Assembly (NCBI GenBank): GCA_903885795.1
Contig: CAISJV010000007.1
Span: 75,455 to 139,454 of the forward strand
Direction of reading: 5' to 3'
Source: an uncultured delta proteobacterium
GTDB lineage: Bacteria > Desulfobacterota > Syntrophia > Syntrophales > UBA8958
Length of the DNA: 64,000 nt
Of this stretch, positions 54,697-64,000 are shown one piece after another. The first letter of the stretch is position 1, and each line of letters begins with the position of its first letter. A model generated the notes under the pieces. That model did not search any database, had not been told where the DNA came from, and was given only the letters and a program-made list of their open reading frames with translations. The translations under genes and the position numbers were made by a program.

Positions 54697-55779
54697 TCAA
54701 TTCACTACAATTGGCACCGGTTTCTGCAGCGCCGTCCCGATCAGATCCCGTACCAGGACATCCGTTTCCACCAAGGGCTGAGAAAAGCCGTTACTCAGGA
54801 TACTTTCCACTCCGGGAATACGCATGTTCCAGACGATATCATTGGCAAAATCTACGCGACCCTGTTGAAAGATCAGGACGACGGTACTGCTTCCCGGGCG
54901 GAAGAGACTCTTGGGGCAACCCTTCTTCACGAAGAGGCCTGAACCAACAGGTACCTGATCATCATATCTTTTCTCACTGTAACATTGAACGATATCGCCG
55001 ATCATGAGGGCCACGACCTCCACCATTGCCACCACCCCGACCTTTGTCCCCCCGGGGACGTCCGTATCGATAATGGTGACCACCCGCTTGTTCTTGGAAT
55101 AGGGCGTCACGAGAGAAACCACAGCCTCGGGATGACAGGCATGGTAGCGACCCGGAATGGTATAGAAGTCAATAATCTTGCCGGCAACGGGGGTATGGGT
55201 ATAGTGATAACGATCCGGCGTCAGCCGGAATACGGCAAAATCACCATTATTCAGGAGTTTCCGCCACGTCAGTTTGTTCCTTCCAATCAGCTCTTCAAAA
55301 TCGAAGAATTTACCCTTGATGAAAAGACTGGAGGAAGAATCGAAGGAACCGACCAGCATGCGGGCATCGCAGGGAGAAACCACCGCGGCGGGATCACGGG
55401 GCATGGGTCGGCAATCCCAGTAGCGGATCTTTCTTTCAAAGATCTTCTGGGGCGTATCCAGATGGGCAGGGGTTCCCAGACATTCTCTGAGATCTATTCC
55501 GCTTGCTTTTAAAAAATCACGATGGCCATTGAGCTTTTCATTGAGAAGACTGTGAAAGTTGATAAACGCCAGGAGTCGCGACATCCGGGCATTAGTCACA
55601 ACCCGAAACATCAGGGGGGCGTTTTCCCGCAGATGCGAATAAACAAAGCGAATTCCCCGATTACCAAAAAATTTTTCCGTACTTACCGAGCGGCTCTCCC
55701 GCTCAACATATTGATGCAACATTGGACGATTCCCCAAGTTCGGCTTCCATCGTTTGACAAGCGCGCCGACGGTCGTCAT
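54697..55779 (-). CDS. phosphatidylserine decarboxylase-related protein (long form, ~340-360 aa)
   Basis: PSD-like core FRLTPDRYHYTHTPVAGKI.. with a C-terminal FRPGSSTVVLIF (G-S-[ST] self-cleavage-type motif). An alternative start is at 55722. It overlaps the 3' end of the upstream gene. Confidence 0.6.
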   Translation of the reverse strand: MTTVGALVKRWKPNLGNRPMLHQYVERESRSVSTEKFFGNRGIRFVYSHLRENAPLMFRVVTNARMSRLLAFINFHSLLNEKLNGHRDFLKASGIDLRECLGTPAHLDTPQKIFERKIRYWDCRPMPRDPAAVVSPCDARMLVGSFDSSSSLFIKGKFFDFEELIGRNKLTWRKLLNNGDFAVFRLTPDRYHYTHTPVAGKIIDFYTIPGRYHACHPEAVVSLVTPYSKNKRVVTIIDTDVPGGTKVGVVAMVEVVALMIGDIVQCYSEKRYDDQVPVGSGLFVKKGCPKSLFRPGSSTVVLIFQQGRVDFANDIVWNMRIPGVESILSNGFSQPLVETDVLVRDLIGTALQKPVPIVVN

Positions 55780-58165
55780 GAATAGAAATCAGTGTCAGAT
55801 AAATGAGTTTTTGTAAATCCGTCTCCGGCGCCCTTCCCGCGCAGATGTTGCTACGGAGCCGCGCCAGGAAGGCAGAGACGCTCTCTTCCTTAAGAACGAA
55901 CCGCAGGGCCTGCCGCGTCGCCTGAGCTGCGCGGCCCGAACCTTCGCCCAGGGTGACCAGATCTGTGGTCAAAAAAACCAGGGCCTCTTCGCTGTGGCGT
56001 CGGCGCAGGTGCTGCCGGTAATACCGCTCCGCAGCAAGATTGAAATCGTCGGCCGACATCTGTAAGGGCGAGGAAACGCCTGCCTCCTTAAGAATCCCCC
56101 CGGTAAGCCTGCCCAGGGCGGCAAACCGGTCCGGCGCCTCGAGGCGCATGGCCAGTTCCTGAATCGTCTCTTCCATCTGAAACATCTCGATCAGATCGGC
56201 AGCGTCTTTACGGAGGATTTTCAACAGGGCTCGCCGGTATTCCAGATTGTGGACCCGCAGATAACCAGGGTAGCGCCGGCTATGCCTGACCTTTTCCGTG
56301 CGGGCAATGATCATTTTCATCAGCTCGTTGTCCGTATCCTCCCGGACAAAGAATGTCGGGATGCCGATAGCCGTACCGAAAATGATCTGACGCCGTTCAC
56401 TTTCCACAAATGGGCGGTCGGGGATATGGGCGTGGGTGATCCGACCGTCGGCAATATATTTGTAAGCCAGACAGTAAAGGAGGTTCTGAATATCTACCGC
56501 CCGGCCCATATCTCCGGCGAATTGTTCGAAAAGGCTGTAATGGCGGGCCTCAAACCCCGAGAAGCCCATTGCTTCGTATTCCCGCATCTTCTCGAAAAGA
56601 TAGAGAGACATCTTCGTATCGAAAACGCCCAGGTCAGCCAGGTCTTTCTTCAATCGGTCACTGTTATGTAGTCTGCCGTCAAGTGCAGGACTGCGCTCGG
56701 TGCTCATAAGGGCCACCAGGTAATCGATGATACGGAAATCAGGAATAAAATCGCCGCGAAGACCGCAGAGGGAACTGATCGTCCGGTCCAGCCAGAGGGG
56801 GCCGAAAGGGGTCAGAGGACGGCCGAATATTTTTAGATTGGCCTTTTTCTGCCAGCGCCGCCAGAGCATGCGCAGGTGGGTATAATCCAGTTCATGGGGC
56901 AGAAAGGCCAGTGCCTTTTCGGGGTGAAAATCCTTAAAATCACGACGATAAGGCGCGGCGGTATAGGTCCCTATAAAAAGCGGTAAAAAATGTTCCGTTA
57001 TTTTCACCACCAAGTCGCCGAGGTATTTCTCGTGGACCTTGGTGAAACCGCTGTTTTGCTCTTTCAGGGCCTCGCCAAGTTTCCGGCTCCCCATGCTGAC
57101 ATGGGTACCGTTGTTGGCCAAGCTTATATTCGAAGTATTCGGAAGGGTTACGAGATTTTTCGTAATAATGCCCGCCTCCCGTAGCTTCGCCGTGGCATTC
57201 AACTGACTACGGCTGAGGACCCGGTGGCAGAGATGCATATAATCGTATTTAGCCTCCCCCCGCTGCCAGCCGGACAGACAGGGACTCATGAAGAGCTCCC
57301 GGTAAAAGGCATCGGAAATGCAGTCATTCAGCTTTTTTTGGCGGAGCGGCGGATGGGGGGAATAAAAAACCATAGCTTCCTGGCCATTCTGGAGCAGCCG
57401 GAATCGTTCATTGGCGTACATGGTCAACAGTTGGGTAAGGAGGAAGCGCTTGGCCATTTCCTGGGCAACGGCCTGTCCCATTCCGTGTCGGCCGGTCGGA
57501 GAGATAACATGGAAAGAGAATGTTTCCGGGGAAGTGTTGTCATTGAGGAAGTGTCCCATCAGGTCCAAGGCGGTCTCACGGATCATTGCCGGGGGAGGAT
57601 TCGATGATGATCCGACCGCTTCGGCCAGGGAAAGCTTGAGGAGATAGCTGACGGGAATGCGAACATAATCCTGCCCTTCGTGCCGGAAAAGAAACTTCTG
57701 TAGATCCGATCGGTCTCCCTGGGAAGGATCTTCCTTGTCCGCAAGCAGATCCCGTTGCAATACCTCTTCCGTAAGTGGGCTCAACAACCTTCGGGGAAAA
57801 CGGACCCAACTATTTTCCCAAACATCTTCAGAATTAGTATTCAGATAGGCTTCCAGGTCGGTAACAACCCTTTTCTTTGTGTCCCCCGCCATCGTACGGC
57901 GCAGAATGTCGGCATAATAGTTTGATTGCTCAATGGTTAAGGGCAGATCGACTTGCTGTCTTTTTCCTATGACAACGGTCTGAAGCTCGGCCTCGCTGCC
58001 GGCCGTAGCATCCCCGCAGGTAAAGGGAAGCGAAGATACGTCGAGATCTGAATGTCCATAACGTACATCCAGCATTCCCAGCATATGGCGAAGGGAAGGA
58101 AGGTTTTCATCCGTACCCCTGACCGCATGCAGATGGGAGCTTTTGATCGTTTCAGCCCAGCTCAT
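55703..58165 (-). CDS. large conserved-looking hypothetical protein (~820 aa), no family recognised
   Basis: Long uninterrupted ORF. The start was chosen at MSWAETIK (58165) because AAAGGAGGA lies 7 nt upstream. I could find no TM segments or known motifs by eye. Confidence 0.65.
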   Translation of the reverse strand: MSWAETIKSSHLHAVRGTDENLPSLRHMLGMLDVRYGHSDLDVSSLPFTCGDATAGSEAELQTVVIGKRQQVDLPLTIEQSNYYADILRRTMAGDTKKRVVTDLEAYLNTNSEDVWENSWVRFPRRLLSPLTEEVLQRDLLADKEDPSQGDRSDLQKFLFRHEGQDYVRIPVSYLLKLSLAEAVGSSSNPPPAMIRETALDLMGHFLNDNTSPETFSFHVISPTGRHGMGQAVAQEMAKRFLLTQLLTMYANERFRLLQNGQEAMVFYSPHPPLRQKKLNDCISDAFYRELFMSPCLSGWQRGEAKYDYMHLCHRVLSRSQLNATAKLREAGIITKNLVTLPNTSNISLANNGTHVSMGSRKLGEALKEQNSGFTKVHEKYLGDLVVKITEHFLPLFIGTYTAAPYRRDFKDFHPEKALAFLPHELDYTHLRMLWRRWQKKANLKIFGRPLTPFGPLWLDRTISSLCGLRGDFIPDFRIIDYLVALMSTERSPALDGRLHNSDRLKKDLADLGVFDTKMSLYLFEKMREYEAMGFSGFEARHYSLFEQFAGDMGRAVDIQNLLYCLAYKYIADGRITHAHIPDRPFVESERRQIIFGTAIGIPTFFVREDTDNELMKMIIARTEKVRHSRRYPGYLRVHNLEYRRALLKILRKDAADLIEMFQMEETIQELAMRLEAPDRFAALGRLTGGILKEAGVSSPLQMSADDFNLAAERYYRQHLRRRHSEEALVFLTTDLVTLGEGSGRAAQATRQALRFVLKEESVSAFLARLRSNICAGRAPETDLQKLIYLTLISIHDDRRRACQTMEAELGESSNVASIC

Positions 58166-58259
58166 CGGCAAATCCTCCTTTTTTGAAAGGGAGGATAGCA
58201 AAGCTTTGTTGCAGCGTGATTACAAAAGGAAGAAGCTTTTATGAAACGTCACTGCCGCA

Positions 58260-58384
58260 GGCAAGGTCCTGGCGGACTCCCAGTCGCCAGAACGGAGGAC
58301 GGATAACCATATCAACCGCTCCTAGATCTAAGAGGCGAGCAACAAGGGCCAGGGGGCCAGTTTACAGCTGTACCCTTCAGGCTG
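58260..58384 (+). pseudogene. decayed fragment of a phoR-like sensor gene
   Basis: It aligns by eye with phoR 43293-43422 (ggcaaggtYctggcRgactcccagtcg...aagggccaggggg...cttcaggctg). In the phoR frame it reads GKVLADSQSPERRTDNHINRS*I*EASNKGQGAS.., with two in-frame stops. Confidence 0.6.
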
Positions 58385-58419
58385 TCGGCTGCCCTTGGTA
58401 AAAGTCAGCCGACAGCCTG
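58378..58419. repeat. perfect 14-bp inverted repeat (hairpin) with a 14-nt loop
   Basis: The arms are caggctgtcggctg (58378-58391) and cagccgacagcctg (58406-58419). The palindrome ctatagctatag follows at 58420-58431. Confidence 0.7.
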
Positions 58420-58493
58420 CTATAGCTATAGTACCGTGCCCAGTCTATGCACCCCGCTGACGCAACGTAAACGGCAGTGTAACCGAAGCTCCT

Positions 58494-58832
58494 TTACTTA
58501 CCCCTTTTGCTTTTATTTCCTTTTGGTTTTGGAAGTGGAAGTTCCCTTGCTGTTATCTCGATTAAGCCACTGATCCATTCCCGATCTTCAAACGCATCTT
58601 CTATCAGGAAATACAACTTAGCACCGGGATACGGCGGGGCTTCAATAATATCAGTTATATACGATCTCCCGTTTTCGGACGGTTTTACAAAAAGCCGATT
58701 GTCGCAAATGAGGGCTACGACTTTACCATCACAATATATAGCGTACTCACCAAACATCTTCTTGTAGGAAATAAGCCCGGCATCCCCCATTTGATCTACG
58801 ATAAATTCAATGAAACTTTCATCAGATGCCAT
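58494..58832 (-). CDS. TfoX/Sxy N-terminal-domain protein (~112 aa)
   Basis: MASDESFIEFIVDQMGDAGLISYKKMFGEYAIYCDGKVVALICDNRLFVK fits the TfoX_N pattern. The start is taken at MASDES. The longer ORF-track N-terminus runs into the right arm of the hairpin at 58884-58915, overlapping that structure by 21 nt (58884-58904). Confidence 0.65.
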   Translation of the reverse strand: MASDESFIEFIVDQMGDAGLISYKKMFGEYAIYCDGKVVALICDNRLFVKPSENGRSYITDIIEAPPYPGAKLYFLIEDAFEDREWISGLIEITARELPLPKPKGNKSKRGK

Positions 58833-58883
58833 TTTTATTGCCCACCTTGAAGTTGATGTTGCGCACCAGCGGCGCGGAAATAG

Positions 58884-58915
58884 CCCCCTAACGACTGAAT
58901 GCATTCGTTAGGGGG
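58884..58915 (-). terminator. hairpin downstream of the oxidoreductase gene (possible terminator)
   Basis: An 11-bp stem ccccctaacga / tcgttaggggg has a 10-nt loop. Only a weak T-tract follows on the minus strand. Confidence 0.3.
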
Positions 58916-59054
58916 CAACCACTTTAATCTGTCAGATGGAGTTCAAGGATATCTTTCATGTGCCTGACATGGATGTATCGTCTAATATCTACATTCAATT
59001 AGCATATGATGTTAATTTATGCGCAGAAGAGCTTGATATTGCTACGAAGACGCT

Positions 59055-59945
59055 TCAAGATACCATCTCGTCAATAATGGCCTTGACGGGCTTGATCTCC
59101 TTAATGAGAGCGGCCGCCTGGCCCGCACCGGCCGGGAAGAGATCGAAGTCGCCATTCATCCAGCCCTTGGGGGCATTCATAAGATTGTATTCCTGAGATA
59201 GATCGACAGTCGGATCGGCCGCCAGATCGACCAGTTTCTTGTTGGGAATGACGCGCATCTTCATGTTTGTCAGGGGCACCAGCGTCGTGCCGCCGTCGCC
59301 GCAGGCCAGAATAGCTTCTTTCCATACCTGCGGGGCGGGCGCTTCTTCCGAGGCGATGAAACGCGTCCCGATCTGTACACCCTGCGCCCCCAGGGCCAGG
59401 GCCGCCCTGTAACCGCGCCGGTCGGCAATACCGCCCGCCGCCACTACGGGAATCTTCACATGATCGGCCACTAAGGGTACAAGGACCATTGTGGAAGATT
59501 CGGAGCCCATGGAACGCAGGCCTCCCGACTCCGATCCGGAAACGACAAGGCCGTCAACACCTTCACCGGCTGCCCGGATTGCATGGGGAAGGGCCAGGAG
59601 CACATGAAGCCCCTTCATCCCCAGGTCGTGAATGAGGGGATAGATTTTCGCCGGCGATCCGGCCGAGGTAGTAACGGTCTTTACACCCGCTGCCGCCAGG
59701 ATTTTCAGGATCTCAGGATTTGCGGGATTCATGATCATGATATTGGCTCCGAAGGGCTTGTCCGTAAGCTCCCGCACCCCGTCTACAAGCCTCCTCGTCT
59801 CCTCGGGGCTGCTGAACCCCAGGGCGATCATCCCAAAAGCGCCCGCCTCACAGACGGCAGCGGTCAATCGGGGACTGTTCATGGCCGCAATGGGCCCCTG
59901 AATGATGGGATAACGGCATCCTAACATTTCCAGTAATGTTGACAT
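59055..59945 (-). CDS. NAD(P)H-dependent flavin oxidoreductase (nitronate monooxygenase / FabK-like)
   Basis: YPIIQGPIAAMNSPRLTAAV..PFGANIMIMNP..VVAAGGIADRRGYRAALALGAQGVQIGTRFIASEE. Confidence 0.8.
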   Translation of the reverse strand: MSTLLEMLGCRYPIIQGPIAAMNSPRLTAAVCEAGAFGMIALGFSSPEETRRLVDGVRELTDKPFGANIMIMNPANPEILKILAAAGVKTVTTSAGSPAKIYPLIHDLGMKGLHVLLALPHAIRAAGEGVDGLVVSGSESGGLRSMGSESSTMVLVPLVADHVKIPVVAAGGIADRRGYRAALALGAQGVQIGTRFIASEEAPAPQVWKEAILACGDGGTTLVPLTNMKMRVIPNKKLVDLAADPTVDLSQEYNLMNAPKGWMNGDFDLFPAGAGQAAALIKEIKPVKAIIDEMVS

Positions 59946-60245
59946 GGTATTACCTCCTGCGACTATTTTTTATATTCTGCATGCTTCAATATCCGTTGAA
60001 TGCTTCCGGACGGCCATCATTAAATGGATGATCCTTTGTATTCGACAGTAATTCCTATGATGAATTTTTTCAAGCGGAGATTATTCAAGATTGCAACTAT
60101 TTATATTCTCTCAGCAACATTTAAAATCTGTTGCATTTTGAAAAGCAATCCGATAGATGACTCCCGGAATTGGAGCTTTTACAGATCCAGCCTCATAAAG
60201 ATAAGCAGCAAACTCATGAACAGGACCGTCGGGAGGATATAAGTT

Positions 60246-60866
60246 ATGCGATTAATCCCCAGGGAAGAGAAATTTTACGACCTCTTCGAGGAGTTGGCCG
60301 AAAAGATCGACGAAGGGGCCAAACTCTTTCTCGATATGCTTAATGACTACGATTCTTTCGCCACCAGGCTCGCCAAGCTCAAGGAACTGGAGCACGAGGC
60401 GGACGAGATTACCCACCGTACCTACGAAAAGATGCACAAGACCTTCCTTACCCCCCTGGACCGGGAAGACATCTACGCCCTTGTCAACAAAATGGACAGC
60501 ATTCTCGACTTGACGGAGGCCGCGGCCATCCGCATGTCCCTTTATAAAATCAAAGCCCCGGTGGAAGCGCTCTTTGAACAGGCAAAACTGCTGAACGTAG
60601 CAACGGAAAAAGTCAAAAAGATCGTCCATGGCCTGCGGGACATGAAAAACGCCCCGATGATCCTTGAGGCTTGCGTGGAAATCAATACCATCGAGAACGC
60701 TGGGGATCAGATCCTGAGAACTGCCGTGGGCGAACTTTTTGAGAGGGAAACAGATCCCATCGAACTAATCAAATGGAAAGAGGTATTTGAAAGGTTTGAG
60801 GAAACTCTTGACATCTGCGAGGATGTCTCGAACATTGTTGAGGGTATCGTCCTGAAAAATGGTTAG
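60246..60866 (+). CDS. DUF47 (PhoU-like, Pit accessory) protein
   Basis: EKFYDLFEELAEKI..EHEADEITHRTYEKMHKTFLTPLDREDIYAL.. It lies immediately upstream of a PiT transporter gene. Confidence 0.8.
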   Translation: MRLIPREEKFYDLFEELAEKIDEGAKLFLDMLNDYDSFATRLAKLKELEHEADEITHRTYEKMHKTFLTPLDREDIYALVNKMDSILDLTEAAAIRMSLYKIKAPVEALFEQAKLLNVATEKVKKIVHGLRDMKNAPMILEACVEINTIENAGDQILRTAVGELFERETDPIELIKWKEVFERFEETLDICEDVSNIVEGIVLKNG

Positions 60867-60904
60867 TGAAAAAAGATCGGTTTTCGATTCTTTACAATAT
60901 CAAC

Positions 60905-61906
60905 ATGGTTGACTCATTCGGTTTTGTTGTCTTTCTAATCTGCGTTGCCCTGGCCTTCGATTTCATCAATGGCTTTCATGACGCCGCCAATTCCATATCC
61001 ACAATTGTCTCAACCCGGGTACTCTCGCCCAAATATGCCGTTATATGGGCCGCGTTTTTCAACTTTGCCGCCATTTTCATCATCGGCACCCCCGTGGCCA
61101 AGACTATGGGCGTCGGGATCATTCATCCCGAAATTATCGACAACTATATTATCTTCGCCGCCCTTGGCGGGGCCATCATCTGGAATCTCGTCACCTGGTA
61201 TTACGGCCTCCCCAGCAGTTCCTCCCACGCTCTCATCGGCGGTCTCATCGGTGCCGGCATCCTGAAAGCGGGCATCGGCACCCTGGTGTGGGGTGGGCTT
61301 ATCAAGACGGCCCTCTTTATCCTTTTATCTCCCGCCATCGGGATGTTCCTCGGGTTTTGCATGATGGTCCTGGTCCTGAATCTCAGCAGGAATTCCAATG
61401 TGGCCCGTTCCACACACCTCTTCCGGAGGTTGCAGCTCTTTTCCGCCGCCGTTTACAGCCTCGGCCACGGCATGAACGACGCCCAGAAAACCATGGGCAT
61501 CATTGCCATTGTCCTCTACAGCAAGGGACTGATCGGGCCTGTTTTTCATATCCCTTTCTGGGTTGTCTTCGCGTGTTACACCGTCATCGCCCTGGGGACC
61601 ATGAGCGGAGGCTGGCGGATCGTAAAGACCATGGGGACAAAGATCACCAAGCTCCAGCCCATCGGCGGCTTCTGCGCCGAGACGGCGGCGGCCATCTCCA
61701 TCATCGGCGCCTCCCTGGGTGGAATTCCCGTCAGCACAACCCATACCATCGCCGGGGCCATCATGGGCGTGGGGGCCACAAGAAGACTGACCGCCGTGCG
61801 CTGGGGCGTTGCCGGAACCATCGTCTGGGCCTGGGTGCTGACAATTCCCATTACCGCCGTAGTATCGGCCATCGTTTATAGCCTCAGTGTCGCCTTTATA
61901 AAATGA
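60905..61906 (+). CDS. inorganic phosphate transporter, PiT family
   Basis: AFDFINGFHDAANSISTIVSTRVL and HGMNDAQKTMGII are the duplicated PiT signatures. The start is taken at the ATG (MVDSFGF); the ORF-track start at 60866 is a GTG. Confidence 0.88.
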   Translation: MVDSFGFVVFLICVALAFDFINGFHDAANSISTIVSTRVLSPKYAVIWAAFFNFAAIFIIGTPVAKTMGVGIIHPEIIDNYIIFAALGGAIIWNLVTWYYGLPSSSSHALIGGLIGAGILKAGIGTLVWGGLIKTALFILLSPAIGMFLGFCMMVLVLNLSRNSNVARSTHLFRRLQLFSAAVYSLGHGMNDAQKTMGIIAIVLYSKGLIGPVFHIPFWVVFACYTVIALGTMSGGWRIVKTMGTKITKLQPIGGFCAETAAAISIIGASLGGIPVSTTHTIAGAIMGVGATRRLTAVRWGVAGTIVWAWVLTIPITAVVSAIVYSLSVAFIK

Positions 61907-61919
61907 CAGGGCAAGAGAA

Positions 61920-62531
61920 ATGACAGAAAAGATTTTCTGGCTTGGCCATTCCAGTATCCGCATCGAGGGAGAAAAGGTCATCTACATCGATCCCTGGAAG
62001 GTCAAGGGGGAACCCAAGGCGGATCTGATCCTTGTGAGCCACGGCCATCACGACCATTTCTCCCCAAGCGACATTGGAAAACTGCAAAAGGAAAAAACGA
62101 TCATCGTTGGCCCGTCTGATTGCACATCCCAAATTAAGGGAGATGTCCGGACGATGCGGCCGGGCGACACGGTTACCGTCGGCGACATAAAAATCGAAGC
62201 CGTTCCCTCCTATACTCCGCAGAAACCTTTTCATCCCCAGGCAAACCAGTGGCTCGGCTTTGTTTTAGAGCTGGCCGGCAAGAGGATCTACTACGCCGGA
62301 GACACCGATTTTATCCCCGAGATGAAAGACATCAAAGCCGATATCGTCATTCTCCCCGTTGGCGGCACTTACACCATGACCGCCGAAGAAGCGGCCCGGG
62401 CCGTAGAGCTCATTCAACCGCAACTCGCCATCCCCATCCACTGCGGGGATATTGTGGGAATAATGGACGACGCCCGGCGCTTCAAGAACCTTGCCGGTGT
62501 TCCCGTGGAAATCAAACCCATCACAAGATAA
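61920..62531 (+). CDS. MBL-fold metallo-hydrolase (UPF0173-like)
   Basis: FWLGHSSIRIEG..ADLILVSHGHHDHF..YYAGDTDF. Confidence 0.8.
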   Translation: MTEKIFWLGHSSIRIEGEKVIYIDPWKVKGEPKADLILVSHGHHDHFSPSDIGKLQKEKTIIVGPSDCTSQIKGDVRTMRPGDTVTVGDIKIEAVPSYTPQKPFHPQANQWLGFVLELAGKRIYYAGDTDFIPEMKDIKADIVILPVGGTYTMTAEEAARAVELIQPQLAIPIHCGDIVGIMDDARRFKNLAGVPVEIKPITR

Positions 62532-62549
62532 AAATATCGGTTGCAAACC

Positions 62550-62577
62550 TTGACATCGGAAATTTGATGTATATTTT
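62550..62577 (+). promoter_or_regulatory. candidate sigma70 promoter upstream of groES
   Basis: TTGACA (62550-62555), a 16-nt spacer, then TATTTT (62572-62577). No CIRCE element was found. Confidence 0.3.
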
Positions 62578-62649
62578 ATGCCGCGAAATGCCCGGGAAAT
62601 AAAATAGCGTTTAAAATCTTTAATATAATTGATGAAAGGAGAGGACAGC

Positions 62650-62943
62650 ATGAAAATCAGGCCATTGCAGGACAGAGTCATTGTTGAGCGCTTGGCGGAA
62701 GAGGGAAAAACCAAAGGCGGCATCATTATCCCCGATACCGCGAAAGAAAAACCCATGGAGGGCAAAATTATTGCCGTGGGCAAGGGAAAAACCACCGAAG
62801 ACGGCAAACTTGTCAAACTCGATGTCAAAGCCGGTGATAAGGTGCTTTTCAGTAAGTATGCCGGGACGGAAGTCAAGATCGACGGCAAGGAATACCTCAT
62901 TATGCGCGAAGACGACATTCTGGGCGTCATCGAAGGCAAGTAA
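62650..62943 (+). CDS. groES: co-chaperonin GroES
   Basis: [44 protein letters not shown]... RBS is aaaggagaggacagcATG. Confidence 0.95.
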   Translation: MKIRPLQDRVIVERLAEEGKTKGGIIIPDTAKEKPMEGKIIAVGKGKTTEDGKLVKLDVKAGDKVLFSKYAGTEVKIDGKEYLIMREDDILGVIEGK

Positions 62944-62950
62944 AACCTGA

Positions 62951-64000
<1,050 letters not shown>

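Noticed and set aside
58183-58401. 72-aa ORF upstream of the large hypothetical gene.
   Set aside because: The region is better explained as a decayed phoR fragment read in a different frame, plus a hairpin. There is no RBS.
60024-60242. 72-aa ORF upstream of the DUF47 gene.
   Set aside because: It is AT-rich with low-complexity translation, has no RBS and lies in what is more likely the promoter or leader of the DUF47-PiT operon.
61045-61981. 278-aa plus-strand and 218-aa minus-strand ORFs within the PiT transporter gene.
   Set aside because: These are alternative-frame or antisense ORFs with Arg/His/Gly/Pro-rich nonsense composition. The PiT frame carries both GxxDxxN signatures.
62532-62649. 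Search for a CIRCE (HrcA) operator or a sigma32 promoter upstream of groES.
   Set aside because: There is no TTAGCACTC-N9-GAGTGCTAA-like inverted repeat and no CTTGAA..CCCCAT pattern. Only a sigma70-like TTGACA box was found, and it is reported at low confidence.

Overview
This is a GC-rich chromosomal window. The GroEL sequence and gene content suggest an anaerobic Desulfobacterota (Syntrophia-like) bacterium, which is inference only.

Positions 1-27243 are an accessory island made of three paralogous type VI spike modules. Each module has a VgrG, a DUF2169 protein fused to pentapeptide repeats, a stand-alone pentapeptide-repeat protein, a DUF3540 protein and a short PAAR-like DUF4150 protein. 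Two modules lie on the minus strand and one on the plus strand. They surround a divergent promoter region and a central plus-strand operon. That operon encodes a GluR0-like ligand-gated channel, a compact sheath-like protein that reads like a TssB-TssC fusion, and an unassigned 258-aa protein.

I could not recognise any toxin, immunity, Hcp, baseplate, membrane-complex or ClpV gene anywhere in the 64 kb. Each of the three VgrG proteins carries a different trimer-compatible tail: heptad coiled coil, collagen-like G-X-Y run, or expanded 21-aa beta-helix repeats.

Positions 27-64 kb are mostly ordinary:
- an HTH/AMIN envelope protein
- a small redox pair (exported desulfoferrodoxin-like protein plus a 4-His membrane protein)
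- an RsbW-like kinase fused to GNAT
- a TMEM175-like channel
- a TIGR04282/TIGR04283 transferase cluster with MauE, rhodanese and an Fe-S/CCG-DUF3047 fusion
- a porin
- a large Pho region (pstSCAB-phoU-phoR-arsC, phoB, a second pstS, a hybrid kinase)
- an EAL-CBS-GGDEF protein
- a lipid-flavoured operon (unknown 820-aa protein, PSD-like, DksA/TraR-like, Lgt-like)
- a decayed phoR fragment
- TfoX-like, nitronate monooxygenase-like, DUF47-PiT and MBL hydrolase genes
- groES and groEL (partial)

No rRNA, tRNA, CRISPR array, transposase or integrase was recognised. All family assignments come from reading motifs in the supplied translations, not from database searches.
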